A DNA stretch of 64,000 bases from the human T2T-CHM13v2.0 reference genome, Homo sapiens: assembly GCF_009914755.1 (NCBI RefSeq), contig NC_060931.1; one strand, 5' to 3'. Each line of letters opens with the position of its first letter. The first letter of the stretch is position 1. The translations under genes were made by a program, and so were the position numbers. Below the pieces are notes generated by a model. That model was not told where the DNA came from, did not search any database, and worked only from the letters and a program-made list of their open reading frames with translations. Positions 39,535-50,942 of this stretch are shown here, piece after piece.

Positions 39535-41275
39535 AATGTACATAGATAATATAAGCTATTTGGCAAAGTTGTTTCCCATGAATGTAAGGATTCACCATGC
39601 CAATATTGATATACATACATACTTGAAATAAACAATGAAGTATATGGATGGTAGAGAGGGTAAGAACCTGGTTTCTCATTGTTGGAGAGGGAGACTACAG
39701 GTAAGCAAAAGGAACAGTCCAGAATGACACATGTAGTAATAGATTAGAGGTGGAAACAGCAGTTTAAACTAATGTTTATGTTAATATAGATACAAGTGGC
39801 TAAATATAAAAGTATGTGTACATATTTACATACATATGTATTGTCATACATAACAAAGATACTTTTGGTTCTGTAAACTGACAAGGTCTAGAAGTAACAA
39901 TAATCCAGTAACAATGAACATACCCAGCATCAATACCTTGGCTTCTAATACTGTTATCCAATAAAAGGAATGAAGGCTCCTTGGAAAAATGACTGATTCT
40001 AAGATGAGGGCAGGAAATCAACAATATGAACCTGAAGCATCTTCTAGTGCCGTGATATAAGGAACTTATCAGAAACAACAAAAAATAAAATGAAGAGTAT
40101 GTTAAAGGGACATGGGAACCAACTGAAAGAGCTCCTAATGGCCAAAACTGGAATAATTTGAACAAAATGAATTATGTAATATTAGATTATAACCCAAAGT
40201 ATAAAATAAATAGTCGTGATTTCATGCTGATGTAAACAAATAATTCAATTATTACATGGGGGAGAAGAAACAAATTTCTATGAAAAAGAGTTCCAGTCCA
40301 GGCACAGTGGCTCATTCCTGTAATCCCAGCACTTTGGTAGGTCAAGGCGGGCAGATCAGCTGAGGTTAGGCATTCGAGACCAGCCTGACCAACATAGTGA
40401 AACCCTGTCTCTACCAGAAATACAAAAATTAGCTGGGTGTGGTGGCGGGTGCCTGTAATCCCAGCTGCTTGGGAGGCTGAGGCAGGAGAATGGGAAGCAG
40501 AAGTTGCCGTGAGCTAAGCTGAGATCATGCCATTGCACTCCAGCCTGGGAGACAGAGCTAGATTTGGACTCAAAAAAAAAAAAAAAAGAGCTCCAAATAA
40601 TTGATGTAAATACTCTGCCCTCCAAAACGGCAGGCATAACTCTCCTCTCCTTAAGGGTGAGCTGCACATAGAGCCTTTCAAAGAGTACAGTAGGGAAAGG
40701 AAGAAAAGCAAGTAATTTTACAGTGAAGAAACATCACAAGCACTCCTTTTGCTAGGTGTTCAAGTTTAACTTCAACATTTACATGATAAGTCATGTAAAT
40801 ACTCTTGATATAATGTGATAAAAATGACACTTTACCTCTGTGGTCTTCCTCACAAGAAAATATAACCTTAGACTAAAAAATTAGATAAACAAATCCCAAC
40901 TGAGAAATATTTCACAATGTATCTGACCAGAACTCCTCAAAACTGGCAAGGTCACCAAAAAAAGGAAAGTCTGAGAAACTGTCACAACCAAGAGGAGCCC
41001 AAGGACACATGACAACTAAATGGAATGTGGTATCCAGGATGGGATTCTGGAGCATCAAAAGGATATTCAGTAAAAACTAAGGAAATCTGAATAAAGTATA
41101 GACATTAGTTCACAACAAAGTATCAACATGTGTTTATTGTAGTAAATGCACCTTACCAATGTAAAAGAGTAATCATGGGGCAAGCTGAGTGTAGAGTACC
41201 TGGAGTGTATCTGCACAATCTTCGCAGTTTTCCTGCAAATCCAAAATTGTTCTAAAATTTTAAAATTATTTTTGG
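39535..41275 (+). mobile_element. L1MC/L1MD-type long 3' UTR, second part, containing an Alu
   Basis: CAACTGAAAGAGCTCCTAATGGCCAAAACTGG and GGAAAGTCTGAGAAACTGTCAC. Confidence 0.85.
40296..40582 (+). mobile_element. AluS
   Basis: Dimeric Alu with poly(A). TSD AAAAAGAG(T/C)TCCA at 40283-40295 and 40583-40595. Confidence 0.95.
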
Positions 41276-41302
41276 AAATACTGGAGGTGCTGAATGAGAT
41301 AG

Positions 41303-41914
<612 letters not shown>

Positions 41915-42399
41915 TAGCAAGAGTTCAGATCATGCACAAGTACATCAAACACCCCTGAGCGTTATTGTTTAGAATCACAGTATGTCTGATATTTGTGGAG
42001 TAAAAATACGTATATATGCCATACGACAGGGAAAATTCATTTTAGCTACTGAAAGAATTGTGCAGCCCCATGAGTGCACATAGAATTAGACCTTATTCAC
42101 ATATTTCATACTGGAAAGAGAACTAAAACCTTGACTATACTTCTAAGTGACCAGGTCCCTAAGAAAAAGCAGGGGTCATGGTTTTGGTGGTGTGAGGATG
42201 AGGAGAATAGGTAGCCATGAGAAATTCATGTCTACTCAGGATAAAACTTACATTTGCTTCCCAGAGAGTTCTGTCTAAGAAAATGAGTAGAGTGAATTCG
42301 TACACCTGCTCAGTCCTGACAATAGTAAACAAAATTTCTCTGAATCTCCACTCTTCATCCAAATCTCTATGAAACCAGAATAGTCTGTTTAGAATAAAC

Positions 42400-42582
42400 A
42401 GAGAGCTTCTCAGTTCTGTCCTGCTTGTATATTAGAATCCTTTCTGGAGCTTTTATAATTTTCATCCTGGGCCCCATGTGTGGCCAGTAAACCAGAATCT
42501 CTAGGCAGGGCAAGGCACATGCATCAAGTCATTAAAACCCCCCAGGTGACCCTAATGTACAGGCTGGATTGAAAGCCATTGC
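42400..42582. mobile_element. MER5-family hAT-Charlie DNA transposon
   Basis: CCCCAGGTGACCCTAATGTACAGGCTGGATTGAAAGCCATTG end motif. Confidence 0.65.
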
Positions 42583-43503
42583 AGCCAAGTTTAAACCCCT
42601 ATGAACCTTACCCTTCTGGAAGCGAAGCTGCTTGGGTGAGAAATAAATACAGGATTTTGCCTGATCCTAATTTTAAGCTTTTGCAATTCTTTTTTTTTTT
42701 TCAAAAAAAGTAAAATAATAAAATGGAAAAGAAGCCCGGAACCACACCCCCCCCCACCACCCAGGGCCCTCCCCAACACACACATATTTAAGAATAAGAG
42801 AAAATGCCCTTGGGACATTCTCACACCTTTAGGAGAAGTAACTTTCACAATGCTTATATTTAAAATTCCTCCACCACTATCCTCCTTTTTTTTTTCTTCA
42901 TTTCTTGACATAATTGGGCAGAGTAGGCAGAGGCATATTTCTGACTGGCTTCTGAAGAGTGAAAAATCAGTCAGGGCTTGAGTCACGGAGCCAAGAAGAG
43001 AAGCTGAGAAAGAAAAGGGGACCGAATACTTACCTTTTTAAATAAAAAATTAGAGCACATCCCTCAGGTACTCTTGTACTCAATAACCCCAACATCACTG
43101 ACATCACTGTGCTGCTAAACGTGAAAACTATGAAGATAATAAAAAAAGCCTCAGATACAGGATGAGAGGAATCACCAAGCCAGTGCTGAGGTTATTGAAT
43201 CTAAGTAGAAATGAAACCCAAAACTTTCCAGACAATTGGCATTAAAGCAGAAGAAGAGATTTATTAAACATTCAAGTTTAGGATGAGAATTTTTAAATAT
43301 TTTTATAAACCTTTGCATGTGTGGCAATTTGGTTCTATGCATTTTACTGCACTGTTTTAATTCACAGATGACTTGTTTCTGTGGTCTTTTCTTAGAGAAA
43401 TATCATTGAATAAGCAATGAACAGTCACAAAATTATGAACCTATCTTCTCAAAAGCTGCATATAGATGAGAACAGAGCCTATAAATATGTACATCTTAGT
43501 ATA

Positions 43504-43557
43504 CAACTATCTTTTTTAAGACAAATAGAACAACTATCTTTTTTAAGACAAATAGAA
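43504..43557. repeat. Perfect 27-bp tandem duplication
   Basis: CAACTATCTTTTTTAAGACAAATAGAA occurs twice in tandem. Confidence 0.95.
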
Positions 43558-44069
43558 TTAGATTAGCACAATCCATATCTGATATCATAATATCTAAATA
43601 ATTTCCAAAATTCACCAAACTGGGTATGACGTGGTAATCAGAGTATTTTATCAAATCTTCTAGTACTATGGATTGCCTCTCTAATAGCAGCCTGAAAGAA
43701 TGTTTGGCTGAGAAAACAACCACTAATTATCTGTAAACTCACAATGATCTTTAAAATTTCTAAGTAAGTGGTTCTCAGCGGGACAATCGCCCTTCTAAAT
43801 CCAGATGCTTCAAAAACTATAACAAACTTGAAGTAGTCAGGTGACCCCTGAGAAATACAGTAAGGAGTAAGCCAAATTTAGTAACCTTAGTGTAGGTTAA
43901 TAGTAGTTAAGGATACATTTCACTGGGAAGTTCTTCCCTTCTCTCTAGTAAGTACAGATTATGTTTAGTCAGTTATAAAATACCTGGAAGAGTAAAATAC
44001 CTTTTCTCCCTCCTCGGTAGATTAGATTGTGATTTTTCTGCCCAAAAATATAGCAAGCCTGTTGATTAG

Positions 44070-44240
44070 CAATAGCCCAGTGTCTAGCTCTCAATAAATA
44101 TTTGATGAATAAATAAATGACTAAAAATGTATATATTTCTCAAACAATCTTAATCTAACTTCAATAGTTTAGTAATAACAGTTATAAAATACATACCAAG
44201 CACTGTGTTAGGTTCTGGAGACACAAAAATAGAATAAAAG
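44070..44240. mobile_element. L2 3'-end fragments in opposite orientations
   Basis: CTCAATAAATATTTGATGAATAAAT (+) and CCAAGCACTGTGTTAGGTTCTGGAGACACA (-). Confidence 0.55.
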
Positions 44241-44439
44241 TCTTATCAACATATTTGAGAAAAGAACCTGTTTCTCTTACGTGTTCATAAAATTTCCCAA
44301 TGACTAATAGCTGATGGTGAATAAATATTTTCTAACCCTAATTTCACAAGAAGCTCAATTTATTTCTACCCGACTCTAAAAAGTACAATTGACACAGTAA
44401 TTTCTTATAACAAATCTAATATCAGTGTCAGGATAATAT

Positions 44440-44647
44440 CCTGGTTAAAAGTAAGCCTCTGAATTCAAATCCTGAATCCTTTGCTAGCTGTGTGGTTTTG
44501 ATCAAATTTCTCAGTATTTCCAAACCTCAATTTTCTAATCTATAAAGTAGGTAAATAATTATAGCATGTGTCTCAAAGGATATTGGGACAATACAAGCGG
44601 GGTAACCTACGTCTAGAATAAACATTTAATAAAAGCTACTACTATTA
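44440..44647 (+). mobile_element. MIR SINE
   Basis: Core TTCAAATCCTG...CTAGCTGTGTG...CCTCAATTTTCTAATCTATAAAGTAGG. Confidence 0.75.
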
Positions 44648-46747
44648 ATTATATTCAATGGTAGTGCCATGTTTTCAAAACACCATTAGTCAAGGGTAGT
44701 GATTTTTTGGTAGGTAGACAAAACAAGTTTCAGGCTGTGTTTTAACAGCAATTTATATAAGATTGAGAAAATGTTGTTTATATCAAAGAATGTTATAAAC
44801 ATTCTTTGGGGTAGTTACATTATATCAAAGAGAGAAAATGGATGCACCATATGAGGTACCTAAAGCTCCACCAGGCGCTTAGCTGTCACTATTATTACTT
44901 ACTACTTTATGTTACTGCTTCATGAGGAGTAAGGAAAATACCTCATATGAAAATTGGGTAATTGCTAAATTTTCCAATTTTTTAGTATTGTCAAAAGAAA
45001 ACTGAAGATGAATGTAAAAATGACTCCTCTGAAACTCCTGACTAATTTAAATGATAATTATAAGGCAAATGAGTAGCCTCATTAGGACGTCTCACTACAA
45101 GCACTCCTTCATTCATTTATTCAGGCATTTACTCAGGCATTTGTTCATTTATACGTAAATGAGTAGCAATGTCTATGAGAAGCATTAATTGTGAAGCCTG
45201 CTTTTTAAAACATTTCACACTAATGCTATTATACTGACAAAATTAAACCTAATTTATACAAAACAAAGTTATTTTTAAACTTCCTGCTAGGACAGGAACA
45301 AAAAACCAGGTTGCTGAATGGGTTGTTTTCTGAAAAATAGAAAAAGACAACGATAAGTCAGTGTTAGTCAGCAGGTGATTTCATCAATTACTGTGTGTGG
45401 TTGTGTTCAGTGGGAAGCAATAGCAGGGTGGAATGTTAAATTAAACTTAAGTTGATTTTCTTGAACATTTTTAGGGCATTCTCTGTAATTAAATATACAT
45501 GGTGGATAGGGTGGAAGGGTAAAAACTTTGTCAGAAACTACAAGTTACAATTTAAAGTTACCACACCCTCACATGTGATCAGTGTAAGTGTTGTGTAGCA
45601 TAAAAACATCCCTTGTGCAGTTGTATCCCTGCAACAATACACTTCCAGGCACTCTTTCATTGTTGAATTGTCATTTTGCTACAGTGTACTATATAAATGT
45701 ATATATGAAATTTATATATGTATATATATTATTTATATTATATTATATTTGTATGTATGTATTTAAATTTAAGCCTGCCAACAATGCCTTGTCAGTTTCT
45801 AAGCCCTATCGCTCAGGCAATGAATTATTTAGAATTGCCAGCTTTGCCACCGTCAGTGACAACTAGTGCACCTTGAGTTTTGCCACCACTGTAAATTCAC
45901 TGTACACTTCCGGGTACACATTTGCACTGTGGAGTCCCTATTCTGAAATGACAAGATCTGAGCACAATCAGAGCAGCATTTCTAAACCTCTGCCTTCTCC
46001 TGTGACTATTTTCCCCTATTGCCTGTGCATCTTGTTAGTGCTATGCTTGAATCCACACCATTAGAGCAGTGACACAGCTGCTGTCATTCTCAGTTTTCTA
46101 GGGCTCCTGCTAAGACAGATCAACTCTGAAAAAATGCCTCTGCTCCCCATTTTATTACCCAGAGACAAAAGCTTTTAAAAAATCATATAACCAATTATTT
46201 GGTCGCAGAGGATAGGGTCATGTCTCATAGGATAGGGCCAATTGCCCTTCCAGACTCAGAAAAAGAGCTGAACTAAGGAAGCTAGGACAGGTCAGGACTG
46301 ATCAAAACTAACATTCATACAAGAAAGACCAATTAGGATAGCTGCTGAAAGGGAATGCAAGATACCAGAGAAGCAGGTATTCTAGATTTTTTTTTCTTTT
46401 TACGCTTAAAAGAAAGTTACAAGTAACATTTCCAGTATAGTCTACAATTTAATATGATTTTAATTTAATTTTAAGCATATTTCTCCCTACATCATGCAGG
46501 TCTCAGTATAGGTTATGCCCCGTATATGTGCAATTAATTAAAGTTTGATAAGAATTTCTTTAAATTTAGCAAGAAAACCATTAAAAGGTCTTTCATGAAT
46601 TTAAAATAAATTTTTGTTTATGAGAGTTTTTTAACTAATTTGGAGGCTAGTTACTCTGTTAGATGGGTTTTGAGATTAGATAAAGTTAATTTGAATGTTT
46701 AAATGTGGGTAAGGCAGGACTTGACAATAGGTAAAGGCACTCAAACA

Positions 46748-46918
46748 CTAGTTCTCCAATGGAGCTGCACTTAAGAATCATTGGGAAGCTTTTAAAAAAC
46801 TAACCTGGGGTCTCCCTCAGAGAGTCTGACTTAGTTGGCTTGGGAGATGGCCTGGGCATATGAACATTCTAAAGCGTATCAGATAATTCCATTATGTAAT
46901 AAAATTTGAGAACTCCTG
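46748..46918. mobile_element. MER5-family DNA transposon
   Basis: TAGTTCTC...AGAATCATTGGGAAGCTTTAAAAA...TTGAGAACTCCTG. Confidence 0.7.
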
Positions 46919-46986
46919 CTCAAATGGCTCAATTCTTTATATTTTTAAATAAATATTCAAGCAGAACAAAATAAAACAATTAGATT

Positions 46987-47358
46987 GTATTAGTCCATTC
47001 TCATCCTGCTAATAAAGACATACCCGAGACTGGGTAATTTATAAGGGAGAAAAGTTTAATTGACTCCCAGTTCAGCATGGCTGGGGAGGCCTCAGGAAAC
47101 TTACAATCATGGTGGAAGGGGAAGCAAACACGTTCTTCACATGGCAGCAGTAAGGAGAAGTTTTGAGCAAAAGGGGGAAAATGCCCTTATGAAACCATCA
47201 GATCTTGTTAGAACTCACTCACTATCAGGAGAACAGCATGGAGATAACTGCCCCCATGATTCAATTACCTCCACCAGGTCCCTCCCCTGACACATGGCGA
47301 TTATGTGAACAGCAATTCAAGATGAAATTTGAGTGGGGACACAGCCAACTCATATCAT
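46987..47358 (-). mobile_element. THE1C/D solo LTR
   Basis: TGTATTAGTCCATTCTCATCCTGCTAATAAAGACATACCCGAGACTGGG...GGGGACACAGCCAACTCATATCA. TSD TAGAT on both sides. Confidence 0.92.
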
Positions 47359-47659
47359 AGATAATGTAAGGATGGAGTGGTTCTTCTCCAAAAAGAAAAA
47401 GTTTGTCAACACAGGATTATTTGCCACAAAGAGATCACCAAAGCTGTGGTAGGAGCAGTAATCAGCTAGCAATTAAGTTTACATAAGAGTTTTGTAATGG
47501 TGACTATTATAACAAAATGGACCCACAATGCTTGGTAGTTGAAATATTTTCAAACGACCATTCTAAATATATCTATTAAATTTTATATGTATTAAGATAG
47601 TAATGATTTTATGATGCCTAATTATTTTATACTACTATAAAATAAAAAAACTTTAAATC

Positions 47660-47747
47660 ATCATGTACTATCAATTGTAAGATGCACCCCAATTTTAGAT
47701 ACATTAAATATTAAAAATATTGAAGCCTAGAATTGATAAGAACTGTA
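47660..47747. mobile_element. Possible TcMar-Tc2 (MER104/Kanga-like) terminal fragment
   Basis: CAATTGTAAGATGCACCCCAATTTTAGA...TAGAATTGATAAGAACTGTA. Confidence 0.45.
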
Positions 47748-48310
47748 ATGTTGGCTTAGCAGCCAGATAAAATAATCAATTTTTTGTTAGCGTTAGGGAA
47801 ATGGATACAGGAATAGTGAACACAAGCTAAAAATAGTTGTGGAGAATTACACTCATCTTTCAAACTGTGAGTTTCTAAAGAGATGACTGATGTCTAGCTA
47901 AAGTTAAAGGGATTTATATGACACTAGTTAGAGAAATAACAATCATATAATAGTGTGAGTTAATTATTTCTCTGATTATGTTTTAAGAGAGTATATAAAT
48001 GGTAGTATTTTCTTTATAAAAATATAGGTAAATAATTTTAACTCCATATCATAATAAATTGTCACATTTTGTGGAACAATTTTTACAACCAAATAAAATA
48101 TGTGAGGCCAAAAAAAATGTCAAGGACATGTGTTACATTATCATTCATTTCTGGTTTTTTTTTTTTTGAAAAAACATATGACATTGACAGCATCCCATAA
48201 CAGATGTACTGTTTGTACATGACTTTTTCATCACCAAAGCATCCCATCTGCTGACATGGCAGATTTTTTTTAAAGAAAATATTTATATTATGCAAAAACA
48301 ACAAAGAAGC

Positions 48311-48686
48311 TGTTAAATTAAATTTGGCCTAAAACTACCTCCATATATTATGAACTGAAACCTAACAATGTATTTTGAAAATGCATGTTTAAGAAAATGC
48401 TCTATATCAAGTAACAGAGTCTCAGCCAATTATAGCAGCCAGGCTTTCAGCCAATCACAGGCTGCAAACTGCCAAAATATGTCCAGATAAGACAAACATC
48501 CAGCTACAACCAATCAAGTTATTTCTGTATACCACTTCTTTTACTGTCTGTAACTATTCCCTGCCCATGTTGCTGGGTGAAGCTCTTTGAACCTTTGTGT
48601 TTCAGGGTGCTGTGCAATTCAATAATCATTTCTCTGCCCAAATACACTAAGCTAAATTTAATTTTTCTAAAGTTTTTGTTTTAACA
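48311..48686 (+). mobile_element. ERV1 solo LTR, MER57 family
   Basis: TGTTAAA...TTTAACA inverted termini, perfect TSD AAGC, three CCAAT boxes. Confidence 0.88.
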
Positions 48687-48989
48687 AAGCTATTACTTGT
48701 AAACCTTTGAAATAAATACTTAAGTATTTAGTATGTACACATATTTATTTCTTTAAATCCATTTTAAGAATTAAAATGTTGGCAGGTAGAATTATAAAGT
48801 TTATTATTAAAATTGTGTGGGCTTTGTCACAAGACTCTCATAAGTAGGAATTTATGCATTCATCTCTTACATACTTATATGCACCAGATATCATTAAGTG
48901 CTAGGTATACAGCAATAAAAATAAATAAATAACCTATTCTCATGTTGTCTTGATTTTTAAAATTTCTGCTTCATATAGTCAAGTAAAGA

Positions 48990-50059
48990 ATGTCATTGTT
49001 TTTAATCTACTAGTTACAAGACATCCTCCTCAAACTGATTTTTTAAAAAAGGAAATGAACTTGCTCACACATCTGCAGAGGTAGTACAGTGTCCCCATTG
49101 ATACACCCTGTGGCTTCAGCTTGAATTGCCTTTTAGCCTTGTCCTTCTCCGTGTGTGCCTACAGCATTTCTAGGTTTGAAATCAATGATAGAAAAGTTCA
49201 AGGAAAGAAAGAAAGACAAAAAGTGGCTTCTGGAAGTATTCCCAAAGTGTGCCTAAGAACTTGCTCAGAAAATTTCCCTTCACATCAATGTACCCAAATA
49301 GGTTATTTCTCAGCTAACCACTAGCAAAGTAGTATAAGAGAAAAGAAGTATCTTTCCTTCTCATCTTGGGTTCATGGCTGAGGCCCCGATTACAAAGGAC
49401 AGAGTAACAAGAGAAAAGCATACAAATTAATAATATATATATAATAAGACATGAGAGCTTTCATAAGGACATGAATACCCAAACAAGCAGGTAAACGTGT
49501 GTGTTTTTTATGTTTGATTTGATGAAGAAGTGGACAATTGTGGAGTAGTAGGATTGACAAAAGAAGAATGATCTAACGATAATAAACTGGGGAGAAATTA
49601 TTATAGCAAGGCCTGTGTGTTCAGATTTTCTTCTGTGTCCCTAAGTCTTCAGAGACAAGAACATTCCTGTTCATTGGGTATAGGGTAGGCACTTCTTAAA
49701 CAAGAGTTTTACAACCCTCAGGGGAGAAGGGAGGTAGGTCAGAGAGTGATCTTCCTAGATTTTATAACCTGCTTCAAGGAAGATGGGTGGGAGAGGGGAA
49801 GGTGAGAATGATCTTCCTGCTTCTGCTGTTTTCACAAATGCCAAAGTGCCATCTTTTGGAATAGCATGTCCTGAACCCCTTCAGTGGGCAGGATTACTGT
49901 TAGACCAATCATACCCACTTCTGGATATGAATATGGCTACCTTAAGCTGAGACAGAAGGGCCTCGTAGAAGAGTAGATTCCTGAACAGAATTATGATTCT
50001 CTTACGAAGGCAGATGGGAAATTGAATTTTTGGTACACACAAAAAAATGTCTATTACAA
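48990..50059 (-). mobile_element. Old MLT1-class LTR split by an ERV1 LTR
   Basis: MLT1K/L-like motifs on both sides of 49333-49883. Confidence 0.5.
49333..49883 (-). mobile_element. ERV1 solo LTR, MER4 group (MER34-like)
   Basis: The reverse complement starts TGAAGGGGTTCAGGACATGCTATTCCAAAAGATGGCAC. Approximate TSD GTAG/GTGG. Confidence 0.75.
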
Positions 50060-50454
50060 GGAACTACCATGGCGTAAAGGTTTGTAATAGGTAAAAATTG
50101 CAAATAACTTGTATGCCCATTAGAGGAGATTCTAAAAAGTATCATATATCCATATATGTAAACTATCTGTACTAACATGAAAAATGACTGCTAGCTGCTA
50201 AGTGGAAAGCAACATTGCTCTTATGTTTCTAGATAAACTATGTAAATATATATGGATGTCTATACATAGGTAAAAATACATGTGTATGGTATCTACATAC
50301 ACACTCATAAAAACAAATATATAAGTATTTAGGAATCCACCAATAAATGTTATTTTTTAAAATATAACTAAGTATTTTGGACATATCTTAGATTAAAAAA
50401 TCTCCTAGGTAATTTATATGTAATAGATATCTTACATATCTATTAGGCGCCCAT

Positions 50455-50594
50455 CACATTTAGATTTCTCCCTCTATCCCATCCTGCTCCCCTTCTCTGT
50501 TTTCATAGTGATTGAACCCAAAAGTCCTCCTTTATAAGCACTCTTCAAGCTAATCTGTTTCAGAGCCATCTTTACAGAAAAACCAACTTGCAAC
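50455..50594 (+). mobile_element. ERVL LTR 3' end (LTR16/LTR33-like)
   Basis: CTAATCTGTTTCAGAGCCATCTTTACAGAAAAACCAACTTGCAACA. Confidence 0.5.
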
Positions 50595-50799
50595 ACCCTC
50601 TCAGGAAATGAGTTAACTTCCATACTAAATGAAATGTATTTCTACTTGTCCTTGTAAATTTCAACCCAATATTCCTTTCTCTTTAAGGTACTTTATAACC
50701 TCTCCAGACAAACTAAGTTATTCCTCTCATGCTCCCTCATATTCTAGAATATGAGACACTTCTATCATCTGCTTATGAGGTACCAGAACTTTATAAAAA

Positions 50800-50942
50800 G
50801 TTATATACTACTTGCCATTATTTCTTTACCCACTAGAACATGTGTTCCCTGAGAGCAGGTAGTGTTTCCTTCTTATTGGCCCTTTAACATGTGAAACATA
50901 AATTGGCATAAAGATTCTTAATAAATACTTTTAAATGAATAG
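50800..50942 (+). mobile_element. L2 3' end
   Basis: CCACTAGAACATGTGTTCCCTGAGAGCAGG...TAATAAATACTTTTAAATGAATA. Confidence 0.65.

Noticed and set aside
42591-42986. 131-aa minus-strand ORF
   Set aside because: Non-ATG start, built on homopolymer runs (poly-K, poly-G), with no domain.
48185-48262. Possible small RNA (TGATGA on the - strand, short hairpin, ATGGGATGCT twice)
   Set aside because: No properly placed D box or terminal stem, so it is not supportable as a snoRNA or miRNA.
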